54,817 bases of DNA from an uncultured Eubacteriales bacterium (lineage in GTDB: Bacteria; Bacillota; Clostridia; Oscillospirales; Oscillospiraceae), in assembly GCA_902475455.1 (NCBI GenBank), contig CABRZO010000001.1, positions 1 to 54,817 on the forward strand. The letters are read 5' to 3'. Within the stretch, counting starts at the first letter, position 1. Each line of letters opens with the position of its first letter. The notes below the pieces were generated by a model. That model worked only from the letters and a program-made list of their open reading frames with translations, had not been told where the DNA came from and did no database searches. Below are positions 25,278-35,074 of the stretch, piece by piece. Position numbers and translations under genes: made by a program.

Positions 25278-25712
25278 TTAACCTGGAAAATGACGCTTCC
25301 ACTGTTCAAAAGCCGCTTGAAAATCCTTTCGGTTTTCCTCCCGCTTTCGGGTCTCCGTGGCGAACATGCTCAACAGGAAATCCCTCTGGGCCAACCGAAT
25401 CCAGGTGCGGTAATACTCAATTTCCCCGTCCCGGGCAATCTTCCACACCACCACAATTTCTCCCGCCAATTCCTCGGAATCTTCCGTACCCCACCACCGG
25501 AACACATAGTCGATTCCAACCAGCCCCTGAAATCCCTCTCCCTGCAACAGGGAAATTGCGTCGGAGCGTTCGCTGAACGACTGCTCCCAGCAGGCTTTCC
25601 CGGAATTGGTGTTGTGCAGCCATATGTTACGCACCTCGTCCGCCAAATGGTTGGCGCACATTTGCAGCGCGCTGAAACCGTCATCTTTTTCAAATACTGT
25701 TCCCACCAGCAT
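25278..25712 (-). CDS. small hypothetical protein, last gene of the operon (possibly a small alpha+beta/NTF2-like fold)
   Basis: RBS GAGGAA 5 nt upstream of the ATG, 17 nt after the SDR stop. The fold assignment is a guess from sequence pattern only. Confidence 0.55.
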   Translation of the reverse strand: MLVGTVFEKDDGFSALQMCANHLADEVRNIWLHNTNSGKACWEQSFSERSDAISLLQGEGFQGLVGIDYVFRWWGTEDSEELAGEIVVVWKIARDGEIEYYRTWIRLAQRDFLLSMFATETRKREENRKDFQAAFEQWKRHFPG

Positions 25713-25729
25713 GGCGTTTCCTCGCTTCC

Positions 25730-26512
25730 TTAAATCACATCCATACCTTTATCCGCTGTCACTACGTTACCTGTGACGTTGCCCATAGCATCCGAACACA
25801 GGGTCAACACGATTTGAGCGACCTCTTCAGGGCGGCTGAATTTGGGCTTGGGCAACCCCGCCGGCGGCGCCATCTTTTCCCCGTTTTTCCCAAAGGAACG
25901 ATCCGCCATCCCGGTGCCCAGGGTGGGGCCGGGGCAGACCACATTGCAGCGAATGCCGAAATCCCGGTTTTCCACCGCTGCTACCTTGGTCAGCTGGATC
26001 ATCCCCGCCTTGGCGGGACCATAGGCCCCGAATCCCCCCAGGGGTTTGATGCCCGCGGTGGATGCGGTGTTGACAATGCAGCCGCTCCGCTGCTTCTGCA
26101 TTTGACGCAGTTCATACTTCATGCACAGGAAAACACCCTTCATGTCCACATCGGTAATCCAGTCCCAATCCCGCTCCGTGAATTCCGTCAGCGGCGCAAT
26201 GGGAATGGTCACCCCATCCGGGCCCACCCCGGCGTTATTGAAGGCAATGTCCACACTGCCAAAATGCTCCACCGCCGAGGCCACCATGGCCTCCACCTGG
26301 GTTTCCACTCGCACATCACACTGGATTCCTACGGCGCCCACCCCATAATCCTGCTCAATTTGCCGGGCAAGCTTCGCCGCTTTATCCATAATGGTAGAGG
26401 TGACAATGACAATGTTGGCCCCCTGCTCCGCAAATGCCAATGCCGTAGCCTTTCCGATTCCGGAGGCGCCTCCGGTGATGATGACTGTTTTGCCCTCAAA
26501 TTCCCGTTTCAT
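25730..26512 (-). CDS. short-chain dehydrogenase/reductase (SDR)
   Basis: TGGASGIGKA cofactor motif, NNAG, and the catalytic YGPAK (YxxxK). Confidence 0.9.
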   Translation of the reverse strand: MKREFEGKTVIITGGASGIGKATALAFAEQGANIVIVTSTIMDKAAKLARQIEQDYGVGAVGIQCDVRVETQVEAMVASAVEHFGSVDIAFNNAGVGPDGVTIPIAPLTEFTERDWDWITDVDMKGVFLCMKYELRQMQKQRSGCIVNTASTAGIKPLGGFGAYGPAKAGMIQLTKVAAVENRDFGIRCNVVCPGPTLGTGMADRSFGKNGEKMAPPAGLPKPKFSRPEEVAQIVLTLCSDAMGNVTGNVVTADKGMDVI

Positions 26513-26584
26513 CTGTTTCACCCTGCTTTCTATGTTCAGGTTGATTTTTACTCCAGCCCAGGAGGCCGGACGGTTTTCCGTTTC

Positions 26585-28774
26585 TTAGACGGAGGGATTA
26601 AAAAGCCAGTACGCCTTCAGCGCCGCGGTGGCGCCGTCGTAAATGGCGTGATATACCTTGGTGGGCTCCACACAGTCCCCTACCAGTTCAAAGGGGGTCG
26701 CTCCCGCCGCCGCCCGGAGTTCCTCCGTGGGATTGGATACCATGCCAAAGGCGTAAACAACCATATCTGCGTCAAAGGTGACCGGTCCATCGGGACCTTG
26801 GGCATAGACCTTTCCCTGTTCCACCCGTTCCACCCGGGTGGAGGGGAACTGCCGGATGGGATATTGCTGATACAGCCGGAACAAATCCATTTTATGGGAG
26901 TCTATGCCGCCAGGGGCCAGGGTGTCCATCATCTCCACCACCGAGACCTCTGCAGCGCCTCGGCAGGCGAAGTCAAACGCGGCCTCGCAGCCCGCCAGGC
27001 CACCGCCCAGCAAAACCACCCGCTTGCCCCGGGGGTCCATGGGATAGGCTTCCATCAGCAGGGTTGCCCACTGGGTCAGCCCGGGAACGGGCGGAACCCG
27101 CTGGGAGGAACCCACTGCGCAGATGATGAAATCCGGTGCAATCTCCCCAATCAATTCGGGGTCCACCCGGGTATTCAGCCGCACATCAATCCACCCCCGC
27201 TTGGCGATTCTGCGGATCAGGCGATCCTTAAACCGTTTCAGATCGTACTTGTGGGTGTCATAGTCGGCAAACCGGAAGATTCCGCCCAGGGCGTCGGTCT
27301 GTTCACACAAAACCACATCAAAGCCAATGTCCGCCGCAGTGATGGCCGCCTGCATACCCCCCATGCCTCCGCCGATGACCAGTATTTTCTTCATAACCCG
27401 GGTTCTGGGCAGGGAGCCGTCGGGCATCATATCCTTCCGGTCATAGTAGGGGTTGACGGAGCAGTAGTCCGGCCCCACCCCCATGGGGGGCGAATTCTCA
27501 AAGATCTCATAGAAGTTGGCGTCGGCGGGGATGGCCGGAGTAAAGGGTCCGCAAAAGACCCACTTGGGCCCCTTCCCCTCCTCCGGCGGCGCCGGGGGAC
27601 CGGGAGGAGGCGCCTCCTTCAACCCCAGGGCTTCCAGATCCCGTTTGCGCAGGGTGGGGGCCGAGCCGGCGCCACCCATGCAAATACCGCACCGGATGCA
27701 CTGGTTGATCTCGTCGGGCTGGCCGGCGGTGACCTTGTTGGGGAAGTTGGAGTCCGCCTTGTTCAGTTGGCGGCCCATGGCCACCAGATCCACCAGACCA
27801 TCGGCAATGATTTTCTCCGCGTCCCAGGGGTCCCGGATGCCCCCCACGATGCAGACGGGCACCTTGACCCGGCGCTTGATATAGGCGGCCTCCTCCAAAT
27901 TGGAAATGTTGGGCCGGTACATGCTAGGGTACATACCCGTGGCAAGGGGGCTGAAGGGACCGTCCATACAGTCGGTGGTGGGATCCCGGTAGATACCGGC
28001 GGAGACATGGATGATATCCACATAATCCTGGGCGCAGACGCAAAAATCTCCCACTTCCTCCAGGGGAATCCCCCCCTCACAGCGCTCGGACCCGGAAATC
28101 CGCATCTCCAGAATGAAATCTGAGCCCACAGCCTCCCGCACTGCCTTTAAAATCCGCAGGGGGAATCTGCGGCGATTTTCCGGACTGCCGCCGTATTCAT
28201 CCGTCCGGTGGTTGCTTCTGGGGGACAAAAACTGATGGGGCAGCCAGGAGTGGCCGAAATGCAGGTTGACGCCGTCAAATCCCGCCGCCTGCATATACTT
28301 GGCAGCGGTACACCAGCTCTGAATGGTATCGGCCATAATCTCCTCGGTCATGGCCAAAATTTCGGTGCCGTCAAAGGCCGTCATGGCCTCAGGGCCATAG
28401 CCGGGCCCCTGGCAGCCCAGACTCTTCTGGCGCAGATTGCCGGACTGGCACAGCTGCACCAGGGCCAGAGCGCCGTGGCTGTGAATCATGTCCGCGTGGC
28501 GCCGCCATTCCCGGAATTGACGGCTCTTCAGATTGGTATAATCCGTGGCGGGGGGAAAACCCGACTTGTTGCCGTAGGTAAAATTCACCTCTGTCTCGCC
28601 AATGCACACAGAGGCAGCGCCGCCGGCGGCTTTTTTCTCATAGATGCGATACTGATCCATGGGAAAGGCCCCGTCCGGCATAATCAGCCCTGCCAGCGCC
28701 GGCGAAGCCACCATGCGGTTTTTATAGGTCTTGCCCGCAATGGTGATGGGGCTCATCAGATGCTCAAAGCCCAT
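26585..28774 (-). CDS. Fe-S flavoenzyme of the 2,4-dienoyl-CoA reductase/2-enoate reductase type (OYE TIM barrel plus FAD/NAD(P) domain), with an insertion
   Basis: OYE-like half (HSHGALALVQL, HFGHSWLPHQFLSPRSNHRTDEYGGS) and Cys cluster CIRCGIC...C. Rossmann motifs VIGGGMGGMQAA and LLGGGLAGCEAA. RBS GAGGAGGG. Confidence 0.9.
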   Translation of the reverse strand: MGFEHLMSPITIAGKTYKNRMVASPALAGLIMPDGAFPMDQYRIYEKKAAGGAASVCIGETEVNFTYGNKSGFPPATDYTNLKSRQFREWRRHADMIHSHGALALVQLCQSGNLRQKSLGCQGPGYGPEAMTAFDGTEILAMTEEIMADTIQSWCTAAKYMQAAGFDGVNLHFGHSWLPHQFLSPRSNHRTDEYGGSPENRRRFPLRILKAVREAVGSDFILEMRISGSERCEGGIPLEEVGDFCVCAQDYVDIIHVSAGIYRDPTTDCMDGPFSPLATGMYPSMYRPNISNLEEAAYIKRRVKVPVCIVGGIRDPWDAEKIIADGLVDLVAMGRQLNKADSNFPNKVTAGQPDEINQCIRCGICMGGAGSAPTLRKRDLEALGLKEAPPPGPPAPPEEGKGPKWVFCGPFTPAIPADANFYEIFENSPPMGVGPDYCSVNPYYDRKDMMPDGSLPRTRVMKKILVIGGGMGGMQAAITAADIGFDVVLCEQTDALGGIFRFADYDTHKYDLKRFKDRLIRRIAKRGWIDVRLNTRVDPELIGEIAPDFIICAVGSSQRVPPVPGLTQWATLLMEAYPMDPRGKRVVLLGGGLAGCEAAFDFACRGAAEVSVVEMMDTLAPGGIDSHKMDLFRLYQQYPIRQFPSTRVERVEQGKVYAQGPDGPVTFDADMVVYAFGMVSNPTEELRAAAGATPFELVGDCVEPTKVYHAIYDGATAALKAYWLFNPSV

Positions 28775-28801
28775 AGAAAACCCTCCTCTGTGATCTCTCC
28801 A

Positions 28802-29875
28802 TTATCCCATGTCCCGATAAAACTCGTTGGTCGCCTCTACCGCCAGCGCCAAATACTTGGGGTCTGCCGGAATCTTGCGGTGGGCCACATCGTAAACGTA
28901 GGGATAGAGGAAGTCGTAGGTGGGCACGGGGACCCCCATTTCCTTGGCCTTGTCCACCACATAGCCCATGGTATGATGTCCCTCCATGGGCAACCGACGC
29001 TCCGGCACCAGCTTGCCGGCCAATTCCATGGGGTTGATGGTCCAGGCCATATCCCCCAACTCCTCCTTGCTTGGGGCGAACACACTGCTGCACCGCTCAA
29101 TCAGGGACTTCTCCTCTTCCGGGGTCTTGCAGCCGTTGACATAGCGGGGCCATTCCGAGAAGGGAATGCCGATGGCCTGCCGGGGATTGGCGCCGCAAGC
29201 CTGGGCCAGATGGTAATACTCTGTGGCGCACCGGGCAATGCAGATCTGCAAATTGCGATCCTCATAGGTTTCCAGCCCGGAGCTGTTTCTGGCGGGCATA
29301 CCCACCGCCATGCAGAGCTTTTCCCATCGGGCGGAGACAATGTCTGTGGACAGCTCCACCCGCTTGGCACAGGACAGAATCTGTTCCAGCTCCTTTAGGC
29401 GGGGGGTAATACTGCCATCCATCTCACCGATGACAAAGAAACCGTCGTGCGTGACCACCGTCCCCACCTCCGGGGTGCGGCCGCCGGCGAAACACACCAC
29501 CGGGATTACATTCTCCCGGCCCACCATGGGTACGATCACATCCTCGGGAATTCCGTTCTGGAACGAGGACCAGTAGGCGCCCGGGGCAGCGTGGGGCTTC
29601 ATTTTAGTCACAGCGTCGGCGGTAAAGTCGGCGCTGCCGGTGATCATGATGATATCAAAGAGATCCTGATCCCCCAGATCCTCCCAAAACGCCGCCTTGA
29701 CCGGGGTGGTGAATACCTGGTCATTAAACTTGACGGTAATTCCCTTCTGGGCAAACACCTCGGCAGCGGTACGGCGGAACTGAGACACCACCGTGACGTC
29801 ATGTCCCCCGTGGGACAAAAAGCCACCCACCAGATGACCAATGGTTCCGGTTCCCACTACTGCAATCTTTTTCAT
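28802..29875 (-). CDS. ketopantoate reductase (ApbA/PanE) family NAD(P)H oxidoreductase
   Basis: MKKIAVVGTGTIGHLVGG Rossmann N-terminus, FQNG, ARWEKL, and a C-terminal helical domain. RBS GAGGAGGA. The ORF track extension to 29968 was rejected. Confidence 0.8.
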   Translation of the reverse strand: MKKIAVVGTGTIGHLVGGFLSHGGHDVTVVSQFRRTAAEVFAQKGITVKFNDQVFTTPVKAAFWEDLGDQDLFDIIMITGSADFTADAVTKMKPHAAPGAYWSSFQNGIPEDVIVPMVGRENVIPVVCFAGGRTPEVGTVVTHDGFFVIGEMDGSITPRLKELEQILSCAKRVELSTDIVSARWEKLCMAVGMPARNSSGLETYEDRNLQICIARCATEYYHLAQACGANPRQAIGIPFSEWPRYVNGCKTPEEEKSLIERCSSVFAPSKEELGDMAWTINPMELAGKLVPERRLPMEGHHTMGYVVDKAKEMGVPVPTYDFLYPYVYDVAHRKIPADPKYLALAVEATNEFYRDMG

Positions 29876-29888
29876 CGCTGATTCCTCC

Positions 29889-31846
29889 TCAGTCAATCTG
29901 ATACATGGCCGCCTCCCAGCCGCTCCGGGTGGCATGTAAAATACGCCCAGCCTTGACGCAATCGCCAATCACAATGGTGTTGGGCACCAGTCCCCGCAGC
30001 GCGTCCACCGCGTCGGCACGGGGAACGACACCCATGGCCACAATGACCTGATCGCAGTCAAACTGATGCTCCGTCCCCTGGCTGTCCACCGCGGTAACCC
30101 GGTGCCCTTCAAAGCTGGTGCAGCGCAGGCCGGTACAAATCTCCACCGTGCTTTCCTGCAGCTCATGCAGCAGGGCGCCCCGGTGCATAAAGTTACAATC
30201 CACGGCCACCTCATCCCGCAGTTCAATCAGGGTGACCTGTTTGCCCTCCTGGGCCAGATGCAGCGCCGTTTCACAGCCGATGAGTCCGCCGCCGGCAATG
30301 ACAAACGTCTCACCTTGCAGCTGCCGCATCTGCTCCCAATCGGCGCCGAAGCGCACATAATCGGCGTCAATGCCGGGCAGGCCGGGTCTGAGGGGTTTGC
30401 CGCCCAGGGCCAGGATCAGGGTATCCGGCTGGATCTCCCGGACCAATTCCGGGGTAACCGGCGTATTCAGTCGCACCTCTACCCCCGCCGCCTTCAGTTG
30501 GCGGATCTTGGACTGGCAAAACAGGTTCAGCTTCCTCTTAAACTCCACCTGCTGGGCAAACTGGAGGGCTCCTCCCAAATGATCCTGGGCCTCGCACAAA
30601 ATGACCTGGTGGCCCCGATAAGCCGCGGTGATGGCGGCCTGCATGCCGCCGGGGCCGCCGCCGGCCACCAAAACCCGCCGGCTGGCCCGGGCCGGTTTCT
30701 CATAGAACCGCTCCAGCTCCCGGCCGGCGAAGGGATTGACGGCACAGCGCACCGTCCTGGTCTCCCCCATGCTGCCCTCACAGTCCAGGCAGCGCAGGCA
30801 GGGGGTGATCAGGTCCTCCCGGCCCTGGACCACCTTGCGGGGAAGATAGGGGTCGGCCACCAGTCCCCGGCCCAGGGCCACGGCATCGCAGACGCCATCC
30901 CGGATCAGCCGCTCCATAAGTTCCGGATCGTGGACGGCCCCCACCAGCACCACAGGGCACTGGACCGCCGCTTTGATCTGCCGGGCGTACTCCGCAAAGG
31001 GAGCGTCGGGGGAAAAGATGGGGGGATGCATCAGCACCGCGGAGTAAAAATCCTTTTGGGTACCGGCGGAGACGTGGAGCAGGTCCACCTTGCCGTCCAA
31101 CAGCTTGGCCATCTCCACCGCCGTATCGATGTCGTATCCGCCCTCCACCAACTCGGAGCCGCTCATACGGTACTCGATGGGAAATCCCTTTCCCACCGCC
31201 TGACGAACCCGGTCAATCACCATCAGGGGGAAGCGCATCCGGTTCTCCAGGCTGCCCCCGAATTCGTCCGTCCGGTGGTTGGACAGCGGAGAGACAAACT
31301 GGTGCAGCAGCCAGCCGTGGCCGCCGTGGATCTGCACCAGGTCAAAACCGCAGCGCTTGGCCCGTTCCGCCGCCTTGCCAAAGCAGTCGGCGATGCGTTC
31401 CATGTCCTCCACCGTCATGGAGCGGATAAAATCCCCCCATTCGTCCACGAACTCCGATGGGCCCATGGGCACGGTATGTTCCGCCAGGAATTCAGGGGCC
31501 GACAGCTCACCCCCGTGATCCAACTGCACCCCCGCCACCGCGCCTCCGGCGTGGATGGCATCGGCGGCACAGGTCAGGGAATAGACACTTCCCTCGTCAT
31601 CCATGGCCACCTGCATGGGGTGGCTTCTGCCGTCGGCTAGGTTGACGATGCAGTCGCCGATGGTGACCAGGCTGGCTCCTCCCAGCGCCCGCATCCGGTA
31701 ATAGGCGATGTTTTCCGCCGTCAGATACCCTTCCGGGGAAAGCTGGGCCTGGGAAGTGGGGCTGGACATAATCCGGTGTTTAAACGTCACATTGCCTACC
31801 TTCAGCGGAGACAACAGATTGGGAAATTTGCATCCTTCCATCTCAT
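29889..31846 (-). CDS. Fe-S flavoenzyme of the 2,4-dienoyl-CoA reductase/2-enoate reductase type
   Basis: IHGGHGWLLHQFVSPLSNHRTDEFGGS, the Cys motif CLRCLDC-x11-C, and Rossmann motifs VAGGGPGGMQAA and IAGGGLIGCETA. An alternative GTG start lies at 31850. Confidence 0.9.
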
Positions 31847-31853
31847 TCACCCT

Positions 31854-32660
31854 TTACTTGCCCCGCTCCTCCGGGTCAAACACCTGAATCACCCGATACC
31901 CGGTCCCTCTGGGCGGGATATAATGCTCCGTTTCCTCATAGCTGCGATACGCCTTGGGGCAGGAGGGCTCAAACTGCCTGAGCTGTACGGGATTGATGTC
32001 ATAATGGGTGGGGCCCGGAATCTGAATGTTTCTGGGGCTGTCCTGGCTCATCATGGGGCAGATAATCTGCCCGGTGGCCATCAGATGCCGGTATTCCTCC
32101 TGGGCGTAGTTTGTGCCGTCCAGCATCAGTGTAAATTCCTCGCCCACCATGTTGTGCAGCAGCCGCCACTCGCCGGTCTTGTCATCTCCGTCCTCAAAGA
32201 CCCAATCCTGGCCATAGCGCTCCCACATCACCATAAACATCATGTTTCCCTGGGGGGTGGAGGGCCGGCCCATCATGCCGGGGGTGACAAAGAAGGATCG
32301 GGCGCTCTTGCCGTCCTCCGCCACCTCAATGACGCTGGAGGCCAGATTGTGCACAGCGAAGCCGAAATAGTCGTCATTGTCCTCGATCTCCGGATACAGC
32401 TCCCGCATCAGGGGGAGCTCTGCGTCAGTCCCCTCATAGATGCCGGTACGCCACTCCACCTCACAGCGATCATATCCGATCAGGCAGCCAAACCCATGGG
32501 TGGCGCAGCAGTCCGGACGATGGGACCAGTTATAGGTGGAGGTATATCCAGGCCGGTCCTCAATGGCATGGTAAAACACATGGGTGGACCATTCGCACTC
32601 AATATCCAGGAAGGCCTCACAGGCGTGGATCTTTTGCTCCAAACTCAGGTCGTAATTCAT
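31854..32660 (-). CDS. NTF2/SnoaL-like protein, paralogue C (~268 aa)
   Basis: Shares ...AEDGKSARSFFVT... and ...GEWRLLHN... with paralogues A and B. Its ATG overlaps the B stop (ATGA). RBS GGGAGGG. Confidence 0.7.
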   Translation of the reverse strand: MNYDLSLEQKIHACEAFLDIECEWSTHVFYHAIEDRPGYTSTYNWSHRPDCCATHGFGCLIGYDRCEVEWRTGIYEGTDAELPLMRELYPEIEDNDDYFGFAVHNLASSVIEVAEDGKSARSFFVTPGMMGRPSTPQGNMMFMVMWERYGQDWVFEDGDDKTGEWRLLHNMVGEEFTLMLDGTNYAQEEYRHLMATGQIICPMMSQDSPRNIQIPGPTHYDINPVQLRQFEPSCPKAYRSYEETEHYIPPRGTGYRVIQVFDPEERGK

Positions 32661-33430
32661 TGACACTTCCCTCCCATCATCTCGTACAGGGATTTTACAT
32701 CTTTCTTGGCCAGCCGCCCGGCCCGGAACTTCAGACAGGCTTCCAGGCTGCAGCTCATGTCCAGGCTGTAGGAGTCGTGGGCGTCCGGAATCCGGGGGAA
32801 GGCGTACCAGCCGAACTGGGGGTTATAGGCCTCCAGCGGATAGTCGGGGGTTCCAAACTCCAACTGGGTGGGATTGACGGGATGCTCCACATCCTTTCTG
32901 GCCGCCGCGGGCCAGCCCATGACATTGACGGCGTTTTCCACCGTGAAGTCGTTGCCCTCAAAGACATGCCAGATTTTCCAATCGTCGCCCTCTTTTTTCA
33001 TGTCAAACCAGATCCGGTCATAAACATCGTAGCCCCGGGTCCCGGCCCCCATATCAATGGCCTCGCTGGCCAGACTGTAAATCAGGCAGAACGCGGTCTT
33101 GCCGTCTGCGGCAATCCGCACAATGTTGGTTCCGTTGGGCATGTGGAAGGAATAGTCCTTCTGATCTGCGGGGAAGGCCTTTTCATAGTGGGCCCGGATG
33201 CGATCCAGTCCCACATAGTAGCCCCAGTTGGCCCCCAGCTGGGCAGTGGCCTGATTTTCCGGCTGCTGTACCCAGAGGTTGTCCAGTTCACCTTGGCGAT
33301 CCTGATTGAATATGTACAGGCTCCGCCGGGCCAGCACCTGCTTGATGGACTCCCGCTCCCAGACGTTTTGAATCCGCTGCTCCGACGTGGCCTCCCGGCG
33401 ATAAAAATATCTTCCCATCATCTTGGGCAT
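32657..33430 (-). CDS. NTF2/SnoaL-like protein, paralogue B (257 aa)
   Basis: N-terminal helix WERESIKQVLARRSLYIF, plus AADGKTAFCLIYS and GDDWKIWHV. RBS GAGGAGG. Confidence 0.7.
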   Translation of the reverse strand: MPKMMGRYFYRREATSEQRIQNVWERESIKQVLARRSLYIFNQDRQGELDNLWVQQPENQATAQLGANWGYYVGLDRIRAHYEKAFPADQKDYSFHMPNGTNIVRIAADGKTAFCLIYSLASEAIDMGAGTRGYDVYDRIWFDMKKEGDDWKIWHVFEGNDFTVENAVNVMGWPAAARKDVEHPVNPTQLEFGTPDYPLEAYNPQFGWYAFPRIPDAHDSYSLDMSCSLEACLKFRAGRLAKKDVKSLYEMMGGKCQ

Positions 33431-33447
33431 AGTCTGTCAACCTCCTC

Positions 33448-34218
33448 TCAGAAATTCATACCGGCGCGTTTGTACTCCGGCATGTCGGGGCCGTAGCTGA
33501 AGGTGTCATCCCAGTCATAATAGGGCTCCGGCAGACGAATCTTTTCCTGCCGGGGGCGTCCGGGATAAAAGGCCTCATACACCTTACCCGGCTTGTTGGG
33601 CTCCGGCAGCGTCAGGCCCTCCAGCTGGGCAAACTCCGGCACCGGCTCCGGAAGCTGCCACGAATCCGCCCAGTTGACCTCCTGGGGGGCCCGGGTCTCC
33701 ACAATGCGCTGCATGTGCCAAATCCTCCAGTTGGTGCCTTCCTTGGTGAAGTCCACGGCGTAATAACCGTTTTCCTGGATGGTATAGGGGCCGTTGGCCA
33801 GAATCTCATGGATGGTGCTGTTAAACAGCCACACCCCCTTGGCTGTGGTGCCGTAGCCGGAGATCTCCAGGCAGGGGGGCGAAATGGCATCCACCTGCAT
33901 GGCGCCCACTCCGTGGAGCTTCTCCTGGGTTTTATCCCCCAGATATTCCGGGAACAGCTGCTGAATCAGCTGGGAACGCTTCTGGGTGTCCTCATATCTG
34001 GCCTTATAGTAGTTGCCCACCGCCTTCCGACCGGTGTACCATCCATCATTGGTGCCATAGCAGATATCGTCCTCAAACCGGCTCCAGAGTTCGTGCAGAA
34101 TGGTGTCCTCCTGCTTCATCTGGATGGCATAGACATACCGGCCCATGGTATTCTCAATTTCCCGCAGATCCAGAAAGGCGTCCGCCATCTGTTCCGCAGT
34201 ATAGTTCTGTTTATACAT
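33448..34218 (-). CDS. NTF2/SnoaL-like protein, paralogue A (256 aa)
   Basis: LDLREIENTMGRYVYAI, GTTAKGVWLFNS and GTNWRIWHMQRI show the SnoaL_4-like pattern. It also carries a Pro-rich C-terminal extension. Confidence 0.75.
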   Translation of the reverse strand: MYKQNYTAEQMADAFLDLREIENTMGRYVYAIQMKQEDTILHELWSRFEDDICYGTNDGWYTGRKAVGNYYKARYEDTQKRSQLIQQLFPEYLGDKTQEKLHGVGAMQVDAISPPCLEISGYGTTAKGVWLFNSTIHEILANGPYTIQENGYYAVDFTKEGTNWRIWHMQRIVETRAPQEVNWADSWQLPEPVPEFAQLEGLTLPEPNKPGKVYEAFYPGRPRQEKIRLPEPYYDWDDTFSYGPDMPEYKRAGMNF

Positions 34219-34237
34219 GCCGCTTTCCTCCTGTCAA

Positions 34238-35062
34238 TCAGCTGATGGAGACCACCTCGGACCCGGAAATAAACCGTTCTCCGTCATAGGTCATAAAGAA
34301 GTCCTCCACAATATCGGAAATGAAGATTCGCGCCCGCATCTCTTCCTTTTTGCCGGGCTTTTCATCGTTGTTGTAGTGGAAGAAATAGGAGCCCTTCCAC
34401 TTCTTTCCGTCCGAGGTCTCATACTCCACCGCGTCGGGCACGTCCGCGTAGGGCACGTCCGCCTGCTTGGGACCGGGCACAAACCAGGCCCGGGGCTTCT
34501 GGCCCACCGGACCGCCGGCGGGGCCCATTTCCTTGCCGCCACAGGCAAATTTGCCCACCATATCCACATCATAATTGCTCAGATACACCTGGAGCATCCC
34601 CAGTGTGCCGATGCACTCCCGGGTGCCGTAAAAGCCTCCGCCATAGGTGGTGAACACGATACCCAAGGGACGGTTGTTCTCCTTGCAGTAAATGCCGGGG
34701 TAAGGGGCGCCCTTCCTGCGCCAGCGGCCGCCCAGAGATTGGGTCACCGCCTCCGGGTTGACCTGTCCGCCTTCCATCTCCTTTTTCAGGTCTTCCTGAA
34801 GATTTCCGTCGCCGTTCAGGCCCATGGCGTCCGCCACCGGCTTCAGGGGCGCGCCGGCCACAATGGGGCTGCCCAGGCAGATGATGTCGTAATCGTCGAA
34901 ATAGATTTTCCCTTCCAGGGCCGCCCAGTCCATTTTTAAAGTCAGTCGCACCATCTGGACATCCCAGTTGTAATATTCAAAGGTCTCTTTAAACCAATTG
35001 GCCACTTTTTCCGTGTTCTTGGTCATGGTGGCATACAGAATCAATGCCCGTCTGCGTTTCAT
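34238..35062 (-). CDS. flavodoxin-fold protein with a C-terminal extension
   Basis: The N-terminus ALILYATMTKNTEKVA...IICLGSPIVAG is typical of a flavodoxin-like FMN site. Length 274 aa. Confidence 0.65.
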   Translation of the reverse strand: MKRRRALILYATMTKNTEKVANWFKETFEYYNWDVQMVRLTLKMDWAALEGKIYFDDYDIICLGSPIVAGAPLKPVADAMGLNGDGNLQEDLKKEMEGGQVNPEAVTQSLGGRWRRKGAPYPGIYCKENNRPLGIVFTTYGGGFYGTRECIGTLGMLQVYLSNYDVDMVGKFACGGKEMGPAGGPVGQKPRAWFVPGPKQADVPYADVPDAVEYETSDGKKWKGSYFFHYNNDEKPGKKEEMRARIFISDIVEDFFMTYDGERFISGSEVVSIS

Positions 35063-35074
35063 AATGATTCTCCT

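Noticed and set aside
25814-28123. 769-aa plus-strand ORF
   Set aside because: It is antisense to the SDR and the 729-aa flavoenzyme. Its composition is Gly/His/Arg/Pro-rich nonsense, and the minus-strand genes carry clear catalytic motifs.
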